Positions 45,938 through 56,193 of a stretch of 64,000 nt of DNA are shown here, one piece after another. Each line of letters opens with the position of its first letter. Positions within the stretch are counted from its first letter, which is position 1. The position numbers and the translations under genes were made by a program. The notes below the pieces were generated by a model, which was not told the origin of the DNA, searched no databases, and was given only the letters and a program-made list of their open reading frames with translations. Origin of the DNA: Savitreella phatthalungensis (lineage: Eukaryota). The DNA lies in contig AP039699.1 in the NCBI GenBank assembly GCA_051599415.1, positions 62,001-126,000 on the forward strand, written 5' to 3'.

Positions 45938-47360
45938 CTCCGGTGCTGGTGCAGGCGCTGGCTCCAACACTGCTGGATCTGGCGTCGGCGCCGGTTCCAC
46001 GAACGCTGGCTCTGGTGCTGCTCCGGTCGCCGCGGCAGCTGGCACCAACGGTGTCGTCACTGTGTACCGCTACGTGTCAGCTACTCAGACAGTCGTGGTC
46101 AACAACTGCGTCTGCCCATCTGGCCTTGCCTCCGGCCCGGGCACTGGCTCTGGCGTCGGTGCCGGCTCCAACAATGCTGGCTCGGGCGCAGGTGCAGGTG
46201 CACAGCCCGTCCAGACACTGACGCAGACCTTCACACAGTCTTTGACAACACAGACAATCACGCTTCCGAACGGCCAGGTCTCGACCACTATCATCCCTGT
46301 GCTCGGCACGATCACCCTGACACAGACAATCGCTACCACGCTCAGCCCGACCGGCAATGCTGGTATTGGTGCAGGTGCTGGAAACTCCGTCAGCCCTACC
46401 ACCACACCAACCGGTGGTGCTGGCATCAACCCGAACTCACAGCTCACTGCTACCTCCTCGGCTCCATTCACAAACAGCTCGACCACGACCACTCAGCCAT
46501 TGGTCTCAGCTTCATCCGTGCCAGTCAACGGCACTGGTGGCGTTCTGCCTGGATCGCAGACATCTGTGACTGCAGCACCTGGGGCAAGCAACAGCTCGTT
46601 CTCTATCCTGCCCATCGCCCAGCCCACACAGTCCGCATCCTCAGTGATGAACTCGACATCACCCGTCGCAAGCTCTAGCGCTAGTACTAACGGAACTGTT
46701 CCATCTCCTTCGACGCCGGCTTCATCCGTCGCACCGACACCGTCCGGATTCTATGTCTTTGGCTCAAGGAGCACGGATAACTCCTCGGTCGGTGCCTTGT
46801 TCGCGTTCGATCTCGGGACTGGAAATGGTGCGAATTTCGTTGTACCTCAGGGCGGTCCGTCAGATGTGTTTGAGCTCGTCTCGGACACGACCGGCTCCAA
46901 CTCGGCGTTCAAGAAGCGTGACATCTCCGTTACACAAGGAGATCTCACTGTGCGTCGAGGTACTAACTACAGCGCCGCTGGAGGCGACTCACCTTGCTCC
47001 CTCTCGTACGGAACGAACACTCCATCCGCGACAGACAACCTCGCGTTTGTGTCATTCTCCAGCAATTCAGCCAATTGGCTCACTCCAGTGTCTTTCAGTC
47101 TTGGAGCAGTTGATGCAGTGAGTGGCCTCGGTAGCGTGACAGTCACCAACGGCCTGCCCTATGGCTGCGAGACTTCGGTCGTCGACCCAACCATGCCGGG
47201 ACCGGCGGGTCTTGGTTATCAGTTCTGGACCTTTGATTCGGCAACGACGGCTCAGAGCAGCACAGCCTGCTCCACTGGATTCTTCCCGCTCAACCTGCAG
47301 TACGCACCTACAGTCGCAACTGACGCTCAGCTCCAGTGCCAGGCTGCCGGTCGCAATTAG
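45576..47360 (+). CDS. Secreted Ser/Thr/Gly-rich mucin-like protein with a Kex2 site and a Cys-containing C-terminal domain
   Basis: Signal peptide MFTHGIASAVIAFASVAQA; GS/GAG repeats; several N-x-S/T sequons; KKR site; strong codon bias; TATAAGAA at 45381. Confidence 0.85.
45906..45941 (+). repeat. Coding hexamer repeat (GGCTCT)5 GGCTCC, encoding (Gly-Ser)6
   Basis: Read directly from the sequence. Confidence 0.9.
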
Positions 47361-47683
47361 ATTCTACTGTAGAGCTTGTCACCGACCATTCGCTACGGCG
47401 TGGCCTCGTCTACGAAGAGCTATCACCGATTTTATTGATGTCCTCACCACCGCAATCACCACTATTACTTAGACCACGGTCCTGTCTGTTTACGGGAGCG
47501 CGTTGTCGTTGTCGACGGAGATCATCGTATCGCTGGCAAAGAGCTGGCTCTGTGCCGTACGATCTTCTACCTTCAGCACATCGCCATCATAGTCAATGTC
47601 CATTTTCTCTATACTCACGCTCGTGATCCATCGCTTGATCGTCATTACACCCAGTCCTGGTACGCCATAATCACAATCAAGTG

Positions 47684-49057
47684 TTAGACGAATTGGCCAC
47701 GTCGTCGCCAGGCTGCCCATGCCGACGCCCACAAGCCTGCGCCAATCAGAAGACTGCCGGCCATGATGGCGAAGGCGGTTGCGTAGCAAGCTCGCCCGCT
47801 ACAACTATCACTGCCGGCACTTGTCCTGTCGTAGAGCTCCGCATACAGCCATGCAAAGGCTGACGATCCGGCGAGTGGCGCATAGGAAAGCCAGCCCCAA
47901 TTGGCTCCAAACGTCCTCACCCCCCACACAGAGCGGGCGATCGTCGGTGCAGTTGTGTAGAGGGCGCCGTACGCCAGCCCATTGACGGCGACGATGGCGA
48001 GATACCTCGACGCTACGGCTGTGGAGGTGTTCTGGTAGCCCAGGTACCACGTGCTCGACAGAAGGGCAAAGTCACAGGTGAGCACGAGAGCGATGCTCAC
48101 AAACAGAAGTCCGCGGCCACGTGGGATCACGCCCATCACGGTCCGGTCGCCACCATCCCGCACGGCCAATTTGTCAGATGCGACGCCCGCCAGGAGGCGA
48201 GCAAACGTGCTCGCGGCTGAAAAGGTCGCTACAGCTGTCGCGCCACCAGCATCGATTGTATCGCTTCCGAAGTTGCCACCGGTGCTTATGGAAGACCAGA
48301 CAGAGCTCATATTGCCTGCGAGCGTTTCTGTCGTGCCAGCGACGATGATGTATCCCGCGAAAAAGAGCAATGCTGTCCAGTCCTGAAGCATGAATGGTTC
48401 TTGACCCTCAAATTCTTGTGGGAGTAATGTCTCTACCTCATCCGCGTCAGATGCAGGACCGCCCGTGCTCATGCCCCACACGCCGATGAGTGTTGCCACT
48501 GCGGTGAACCAGCCGATGGCTGTGAAGAAACCGGCTAGATCGTAGATTGGTTTTAGGGGATCTGCATGATCTGTGAAGAACTTTGCAAAGACTAGACTCA
48601 TCAGGAGAGCTGCCGTGCTATACGCGCACACCGGCACAGCGATCGCTAGACCAGCACTTGCCTTTGGAAGTGCCCTTGCGCAGAACGTGAGTGCGGCGAC
48701 ATATGCACAATTTCCTCCGACACCAGACAAAAAGAACGCTATAGCCATGGTAGTCCAGTGTGCTTGACGCGAGTACGCAGCAGCCATGGCAAACAGGGCG
48801 GGTGCTCCAATCACGATATCTGCGATGGCCACGCGCGAGGCCCCGCACTTGTCACAGAGGTAGCCTGCCACCGGGTAGAGCACGAATTGTCCAGCAACAT
48901 TGGCCATCCGAACAGCATTGACCTGGCCAGCGGTGTATCCGAGCTCTTGCTGAAGTACCGAATCGTACAGGGAGAAGGTCAAAGGGAAGCCTGCAGCGAA
49001 GATAGTGATGATAGCTGCCACGATTGACACCCACCTCGAGCTGCTGTAGGATGACAT
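47684..49057 (-). CDS. MFS transporter, Mch1/nodulin-like family
   Basis: About 12 hydrophobic segments; FSLY...LGYT, GYLCDK.G, RLLAGVASD, VWGVRTFGANWG and CSGRACY. Confidence 0.88.
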   Translation of the reverse strand: MSSYSSSRWVSIVAAIITIFAAGFPLTFSLYDSVLQQELGYTAGQVNAVRMANVAGQFVLYPVAGYLCDKCGASRVAIADIVIGAPALFAMAAAYSRQAHWTTMAIAFFLSGVGGNCAYVAALTFCARALPKASAGLAIAVPVCAYSTAALLMSLVFAKFFTDHADPLKPIYDLAGFFTAIGWFTAVATLIGVWGMSTGGPASDADEVETLLPQEFEGQEPFMLQDWTALLFFAGYIIVAGTTETLAGNMSSVWSSISTGGNFGSDTIDAGGATAVATFSAASTFARLLAGVASDKLAVRDGGDRTVMGVIPRGRGLLFVSIALVLTCDFALLSSTWYLGYQNTSTAVASRYLAIVAVNGLAYGALYTTAPTIARSVWGVRTFGANWGWLSYAPLAGSSAFAWLYAELYDRTSAGSDSCSGRACYATAFAIMAGSLLIGAGLWASAWAAWRRRGQFV

Positions 49058-49602
49058 GAAGAGCCCGAGAAACTAGTTCAACCGCCCGATCGACGCTAGC
49101 GCTATTCGAAGGTGATTTCTAACAGTCTCGTGTTGTGCATCGCGTCTTCGAACACGATTGCTGTGGTTGCTATTTTTAGGAATCGCTTTCCAATAGTCTA
49201 CACTTCCTGGGGTTTGTACATCTCGATAAGTGAAGCTCACAATCAGGTTAGAACAGACCAGGTCGAATCTTAGCTGCGTGGTCATGAACTGTACAAATAT
49301 TCTGACTTCAGAAATTAACATTACTTTATCCGCTGCACGTGCAGACTCTGCATCACATGAGCCATGTTCCAACACGTGCATATCTCTCAAGGAAAGGCCT
49401 CGATCAACAAACACGTGTGGGTGAGCCTTCCGACCTTAATCCGGTGTGTACGTGCATACAATCAGTATCGGTAATAAAAATATGGAATTCGATCAAGAAT
49501 TGTGATTCAGTTCCTTCTCTCAGCCATCTCATCGGCATTGCCGGCCTGCAACAACCATCACACTCACCGAAAACTTGATTCATTCATTCATCTGCATGAA
49601 TA

Positions 49603-49680
49603 AGTCAGTCAGTCAGTCAGTCAGTCAGTCAGTCAGTCAGTCAGTCAGTCAGTCAGTCGATCGATCAATCGATCAATCGA
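49603..49680. repeat. Microsatellite (AGTC)14 followed by degenerate GATC/AATC units
   Basis: Perfect AGTC x14 at 49603-49658, then gatcgatcaatcgatcaatcga. Confidence 0.95.
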
Positions 49681-49899
49681 GTATCAGGCAACTGAAAAAA
49701 GTCACTTCAACTGCATCAATATATACACACATACTCATTGAACATCACTAATCATCTCACAACCAATCTCCATACTGTCATCAGCAAGCTTGATCTAGGT
49801 ATTTACACTATCTCTTCTGCTCAACCTCATTGTCAGAAATCTCCAAGACTTCTATTCTTGTTCCTGATCAGGTATCATCATCATCAACATCATCGTACG

Positions 49900-50841
49900 A
49901 TGTCAGCTACACCACTTAGACTGCATTGTTGCAGGCGCATTCTCGAGCCACGGATATTTGCCCGGAGCTATTCAGCGCAGAACGCGGTCAGAAGAGGCAA
50001 AGTAACACGGACAACTCTCTCAAAACTGTATGCAGAGAGACAACCAATCTCAATGCTTACAGCTCATGACTACCCATCTGCACAGGCTGCAGATGACGCA
50101 GGTGTTGACGTCGTTCTCGTTGGGGATTCACTTGCCATGGTAGCATGTGGCTACGATGATACAACGTCACTTGGCATGGACGAAATGCTGTATCACTGCC
50201 AAGCAGTCAAGCGAGGCACCAAAAAGGCTTTCCTCGTCGGCGACATGGTCTTTGGTTCATATGAAGTCTCGAAGAAGGATGCACTGCGTAACGCATTCCG
50301 ATTCATCCAGGAAGGAGGTATGGAGGCTGTAAAGCTTGAAGGCGGCCGGTATCTCGCCGACACGGTAAAGAGAATCACGCGAGCAGGTATAAACGTGGTT
50401 GGACATGTCGGTTTATTGCCACAGAGACAAGCGTCAATCGGAGGGTTCAAGGTGCAAGGAAAGACCGCTGCTCAGGCAAACGATATACTACAGGATGCTC
50501 TTGCGCTACAAGAAGCTGGATGCATGATGATCGTCCTCGAAGCCATGCCTGCTGAGGTGGGTGGGATCATTACCTCCAAATTGGAAATTCCCACCATTGG
50601 TATCGGCGCTGGGCCTGGCTGTAGCGGTCAGGTGCTTGTGCAGAACGATCTGCTTGGCGTCTTTGACAAGTTCACTCCCAAATTTTGCAAGCAGTACGAG
50701 AATCTCGCAGGTCGTACCACCACCGCAATCCGGCAATATCACGATGAGGTGAGATCTGGCGTCTTTCCAAAACCTGGCCAGCATACATACCCTATGGACG
50801 AGGAGCAGCTCGAGCAATTCAAACGACTCGTAGGCTTGTAA
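49900..50841 (+). CDS. ECM31: Ketopantoate hydroxymethyltransferase (PanB), mitochondrial
   Basis: MLTAHDYPSA, LVGDSLAM, VKLEGG, GHVGLLPQ and PTIGIGAG; Arg-rich presequence from the ATG at 49900. Confidence 0.96.
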   Translation: MSATPLRLHCCRRILEPRIFARSYSAQNAVRRGKVTRTTLSKLYAERQPISMLTAHDYPSAQAADDAGVDVVLVGDSLAMVACGYDDTTSLGMDEMLYHCQAVKRGTKKAFLVGDMVFGSYEVSKKDALRNAFRFIQEGGMEAVKLEGGRYLADTVKRITRAGINVVGHVGLLPQRQASIGGFKVQGKTAAQANDILQDALALQEAGCMMIVLEAMPAEVGGIITSKLEIPTIGIGAGPGCSGQVLVQNDLLGVFDKFTPKFCKQYENLAGRTTTAIRQYHDEVRSGVFPKPGQHTYPMDEEQLEQFKRLVGL

Positions 50842-51164
50842 TTTAGGACCGCAATATAGCATGAGCATGCTACAATTAGAGATCGCTGGCCACCAGGCGC
50901 CTCCAGAGACTCTTCAATGTAGCTAATCGAGTGTCAATGTATGGAATAGCAGTGTCCGCCACAGACTAAATCTTATGGATCCTTCGTGCATTGATTCAAA
51001 GCTCGATTCGAAAGCACGTGCTCGTAATCAAGAAAAAAGTGACATCAAGAGGCACGTCAGCAGACATTCTTATATTCCTGCAGCTGTACTCAGGAAGTGA
51101 TAGACAATATCAAGTAACGCGACTGGTCGTCATAAGCAGACTCTAGATACATCGTCCTCAGCAC

Positions 51165-51968
51165 ATGGATCCTACTATGCTCGTACGGAGGAGCATGCCG
51201 CGTCTGGCTGTTAGCGGTGCACGCTCATTCAGAACAACCACATGCGCACGCAAAGTGAATGAAAAGCTCAAGCCAGCAGGCGCACCAGAGCCACTCAAAG
51301 TTCCAGGATCAGGCATTCAGCACTCTTCGGAACTCGATCAGACACACTCCTCGTTGGCAACGCGCCTTGCAGGTGCAGTGTCGTCACTGTTAGGACGCAA
51401 GCGAATCTACTATTCTGCCTACCAGCCAACGATGGACCTGTATGTGGCTGCTGCGGCTCAGGCAGCGCAGGATTCTGAGAAGATCATACACAAGATGGCG
51501 AACCAATTCTGGTACACGACATGCGGTCTGCCACCCACATTCCAGACCTGGTTCCAGGTGACGCAGCTGCATCTGTGGTTGCTGATGGTACGCATGAGGG
51601 CGCTCGAGCGCGGCGTCGGACACCACTACCAGCAGGAGCTCACCAACCATCTGTTCAACGACGCGGAGGCACGGCTGCGCGTCGTGTACCAGATCCGGGA
51701 CGGTCGAATCGTCAAGACGTATATGAAGGATCTACTCCTCCAGTGGAACGGTGCTACGGCAGCTTATGACGAGGCATTGAATCAGGACGACACAGTTCTT
51801 GCCGCTGCCATCTGGCGCAACGTCTTCTCCGCACAGGAGGATCCAGATCCTGCAGCGATCGCACTCGTCGTCAAACACGTCCGCAAGAACCTCTACATGC
51901 TCGAAAAGCTCACAGACGAACAGATGCTCAAGGCGCAGTATGAGTTCCAAGCACCAGAGAGCCCGTAG
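51165..51968 (+). CDS. CBP3: Ubiquinol-cytochrome c reductase assembly chaperone
   Basis: GLPPTFQTWFQVTQLHLWLLMVRMR and AYDEAL.QDDTVLAAAIWRNVF; mitochondrial presequence. Confidence 0.93.
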   Translation: MDPTMLVRRSMPRLAVSGARSFRTTTCARKVNEKLKPAGAPEPLKVPGSGIQHSSELDQTHSSLATRLAGAVSSLLGRKRIYYSAYQPTMDLYVAAAAQAAQDSEKIIHKMANQFWYTTCGLPPTFQTWFQVTQLHLWLLMVRMRALERGVGHHYQQELTNHLFNDAEARLRVVYQIRDGRIVKTYMKDLLLQWNGATAAYDEALNQDDTVLAAAIWRNVFSAQEDPDPAAIALVVKHVRKNLYMLEKLTDEQMLKAQYEFQAPESP

Positions 51969-52252
51969 AGCTCCGTCAGTCGGACACAGTAGACTCAGCG
52001 CTCAAGTGTCGCTCGATCCACGCTGATGACGCGCATAGGCAGGCAGCATTTACATACACAGGAGCCTTGTAATTAATAGAGGAATCAAGTCACCATTGAA
52101 GGACCATTGAAGCGGACGTACACAAAAGATGCTGGAGGAGAAATGTTCAATTTCCAATAACTACAGTATTAAAGCTGAACTCGGTTCTTAGATCGAAGTG
52201 GAGCTCTTATTGGCTTTTGGTTAGCGCAGTCCTAGCGGGAAAGACTCTGAAT

Positions 52253-53470
52253 CTAATTTCCTGGGGAGAGGACAGGCTGGCCGGAGGCCTTGGGGCATCC
52301 GGAGTAAGTTCCAGTGCCGGCGTACTGGCCGAAGAGGGTGGTGGAGAAGTCCTTGGCCTGCTGGGTCAGGGCCGGGACGCCGGAAAGCTGGGACGGGTAG
52401 TTGTCGGTGAGGAACTGGACGAGAGCGCACGAGATGTCAGCCTGGGAGGGCCTGCTGCTGCCGCCGAGGAACTCGACACCGTTGAGACCAGCGCCGACAA
52501 AGTTGCCCTGACCGACGTTGGCACCAAACTCGACGGGGCGAGCGAAGTACTGCTCACCGATGTAATCGGCGATTTCGGGAATCGTCATCGGGATGTTACG
52601 TGGGTACCATCCCTTGGGGATACGCTCGTTCACACCGGCTGCGTGGTCCTTCCATGGGCCGTCGACGGAGGTTCCAAAGAAGCTTGCAGCGTACTCCTTG
52701 GTGGTGACAGAGTTGTTGCCGTTAAAGGCGTCAGAGACGAAGGCCGATGCTCCGTACAAGAGCAGGGACTTGATGCCGAAGTAGAACTGGCCGTTCTCTG
52801 CGCGCGACTGGAGGTAACGCTGGTAGCGCCACTCGGTCATGCAGGCACGGTCGAAGTTGCCGCCGGAGGTCTGCTGGCAGGTCTGGTACATGCCCTTGTA
52901 CAGGGTACCGTTGAAGTCCTTGTTCTCGTAGTTCGGACCGAGGAAGACGTCGTTACGGGTGAGCGAGGTGTCAGCCTCGAACGTGTTGTGGACGATGAGA
53001 CCTCCCTCCTTGCCGAGGACGTTCTGGATGCCGCCAAGAGCAGCTGTGCGAGATGTGGCGTCACCACCGATGGACAGGCGGGTCGTGACGATGTCACCGT
53101 CAAGAGGCATGGCCACGGCCACAAGCAGGGCAGCGAGGTCAGGCGCGATGTTGTAGAGGTTCATCTGTGCCTGGATGAGCTCGACGGCGTTGGGGATACC
53201 GTTGCGAGGCATGTAGCCGTGGTTGGCGGCGGTGTTAAGTCCTGGGCAGGGACCACGCATGTCGGGCAGCGGGCCGGACAGGTTCGGGGCCTGGTAAGCG
53301 TAAGCTCCCTTGTCACCCTGGTAACCACGCTTCTCAGCGTTCCAGTCACGGGCAGCGAGAAGGTCGTCCACACGCTTCTGAAGCTCAGGCGAGCGCTTCT
53401 CGTTCATGAGAGCGGCCATGTTTGGGAAGGCGGAGGCCGAAGCGGCCAGGAGAATGGTCGAGAAGAGCAT
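52253..53470 (-). CDS. Secreted heme-thiolate peroxidase (long unspecific peroxygenase/chloroperoxidase family)
   Basis: Signal peptide and KR-containing propeptide; RGPCPGLNTAANHG (proximal Cys at 53248-53246); HNTFEADTSLTRND; ERIPKGWY; TATATAAGAA about 50 nt upstream. Confidence 0.92.
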   Translation of the reverse strand: MLFSTILLAASASAFPNMAALMNEKRSPELQKRVDDLLAARDWNAEKRGYQGDKGAYAYQAPNLSGPLPDMRGPCPGLNTAANHGYMPRNGIPNAVELIQAQMNLYNIAPDLAALLVAVAMPLDGDIVTTRLSIGGDATSRTAALGGIQNVLGKEGGLIVHNTFEADTSLTRNDVFLGPNYENKDFNGTLYKGMYQTCQQTSGGNFDRACMTEWRYQRYLQSRAENGQFYFGIKSLLLYGASAFVSDAFNGNNSVTTKEYAASFFGTSVDGPWKDHAAGVNERIPKGWYPRNIPMTIPEIADYIGEQYFARPVEFGANVGQGNFVGAGLNGVEFLGGSSRPSQADISCALVQFLTDNYPSQLSGVPALTQQAKDFSTTLFGQYAGTGTYSGCPKASGQPVLSPGN

Positions 53471-56193
53471 TGTGAAGGAGAGAACTTCTGGATGGCTTTC
53501 AATTGATTGTGGATACCGACTTCTTATATACGCAATCCTGACTTGGCCTCCGAGGACGGATCTGAAGGATGGGAAATGTCAAAGCTCACTGTATCATGTC
53601 CATCATCGGGAGCCGTCACAACCATTCATTCAATGGAAATTTGGCGCATTCTTCCAGTGAGGAATGTAGTTTTGTGATTGGCAGGTGTACTTGGCAAATG
53701 AGGAGAGCCGCCGCCTGTCAAGTGCCTGACGAACCTGTCAAGAACTTCTGTCGAAGGCGTCTAAGAGGATGGGATGGACGGAATAATTTTGAGCGGGACC
53801 AGGGCTGCCGCTGAGTTCCCGTCTCCAATGGTCTTCCGCTACCCCGGACTCGTCTTTCCACTTGGATTTGGTGGCGACTGGATCTGTGATAGGAGTGCGG
53901 TCATAGCTTTTGCCGCGGGCCAATCGTAATACAGTCATATAATCCGCCGAGCCAATCACAAAATAGTGATCGACATACTCTTTCCTTGACCTCCGCGCGG
54001 GCTTCTGACAGGTATTTCTGATTGTAATAGAATCTGACCAGAAGTCCACTGGAAATTTAGATCGGGCTCATTTGTGGGGGAATTTCTATGCTATGACCAA
54101 GCCAAATTCGTGCAGGCTGGGCTGGTAGCTATATGACGGCATCGTCATTCAACTCAGGCTGAATTACCTTTGCCATAGCTGAAGAGTGTGAAAACGTCTT
54201 CGATTCTGTCCTATCTAAAGTACGGATTTCTCTTCTGAATTCCCATTTTCGCAACGGATCCCCATTCACTGCGGTCAAGGCGGCTTGCGGGTCATGCTCG
54301 CGTGGTACTTTCATCTCCCCAACTTATTCTTTCCTTTCCACTGTCACCTGCCTGACGTTTCAGAGTTCTTATTCTTAGGAGATGGAACCGCCGGAAACTC
54401 CTGCAGCTTTGGTGGCTTCTAACGTCGATCCTTCCCACATCATACCTCCTTCTCCGAGCTTCCTAAACCTCTCCTCACTAAGGCAAGCTGTGACTTTGTA
54501 CGCTGCTTTCAAGCTGCCCAACGCGCACTATCCCAATGACTACTCCCCATGCTCTATTGGACCACACTGGCTCCTTGAAATTGGTTAAACGTCGGAAAGG
54601 CATTTCATCTCGCGAAGCGACAAGCCCCCCGAGCAATATTACAACCAATCAAGTAGACTGGACAGCATGACATTGAATACGTCGTCATTGGCTGCAGCAC
54701 TCATCCTGCATGCTAAGTTGTCAGAACATTTGAATACCTATCACCTTTGAATCCCTGTCTTGCTCTGGTGCTTGAGACCCGATGATTATTGTGCGTCATG
54801 CACGAAACGATTCGCAGCTGTTCAAGCCCTTGCATCCGAGGTCACGCGTTTCGCCAGCTTGTCACTTTGGCGAAATGACTTGTTACGTTTCCGAGGATAA
54901 TCAACATCCGAGAGTAAACCCACTGAACTTTGTTGAAAGGGGTCACAGTCGCGCTTGCTTCGTTCGAGAACCCATTCTTCCTTGCTCTGTCACCAGGAGT
55001 GACAGCCAAGTGTGACCTATCGCAGCACGTCTAACGGAACCAGTATCCCGGTTGAACAGACATTCACGATTCAAGGCTCGTTGACCAGAAACTCTGCCTA
55101 CGTGGGGTGGAACACGATCACTCCCTGAGCAGCGCCACAAAATGTCTCGAGCTTGGATATCGTATGCATTTCCTTTTCAATTATGCTCATTGGCACGCTG
55201 GCTGGTGGCAGCCGCTCAAAAAATCGCATTCAGCTGCAAAAACATCAATGAGTCCTGTGGTCCCGCACTTTACCCCATAGTTTGAGACAACGAACCAGTC
55301 ATTCCCGCGAAGACCCGTAGTTTTAAATAACGTGCCTAAGCTGCATGGGGCCAAACGCTGCTAGTGATTCCAGAGCCTGGCGGCAGAAGAGGAGACAACA
55401 CATCGACATTTTCGATTCGACCCGATATTCATATTCTATAGTCTTTGGTAGTGCGTCCGCACTGTCGACCACGCTTGAGGCCTGTTCCACCCCATTGCTA
55501 CGCTCTTTGAGCAATCATTCAATTGAGAAGGTCAGACTTTTCACTACTTCCCAGCATCCTACTGATTGACAGATCTGTTGCCGTGACACCGGCCCGTATG
55601 TCAATCGCCTGTAGATCGCTGGAAGATCTGGAGGATTGAAGCTTGGCTGTATCTGAAATTAGCAGCATTTTCTTTGTTTTGCTAGAAGCCATTGACAGCT
55701 GTAATCTATCACTTACGTTCATTACCTTTTCGCGTGAGGCAAATCCGTCGATCGATCTGCCCACGAGGTCCAAGGCGGTCCCGCTCGCTCCGCGGGTCCT
55801 GATCTACCGAACCGAAAAGCCAAGCACTCCAAATTTTATTCTACTTATTCCCAATTCAAACATGCACGCAGACGCAATTGGAAATTCAACGAGACTTCCT
55901 CGTACTCGTGTCGACCAAGGTAGTGTGCCGAAAACACGTGTACATGCCAAGGTTCATTTTAAACTCCGACTCAACGCTAGCTGCATGGTCGAACATCAGT
56001 CGAGTCTTCACGAAGCCTGAATTCTATGCCAATCCAGTACTCGAGTGGTGAACATGAGCAGAATTGACATAGAGTCGCATGATATGACAATGGTTTGCGT
56101 GACAGATTAGGGATAAGAGGCAATCTAAGTACAATTCTGAAATGCGCGGCTAGCCTCCGAGGTCTCCTGGGTCCGGAAGGCCCCGTGGCTGGT

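Noticed and set aside
52217..53506. 429-aa plus-strand ORF
   Set aside because: Antisense shadow of the codon-biased peroxygenase gene; no recognisable motifs
53700..55900. Short ORFs between the peroxygenase and kinesin genes
   Set aside because: No motifs, splice structure or repeats supporting a gene
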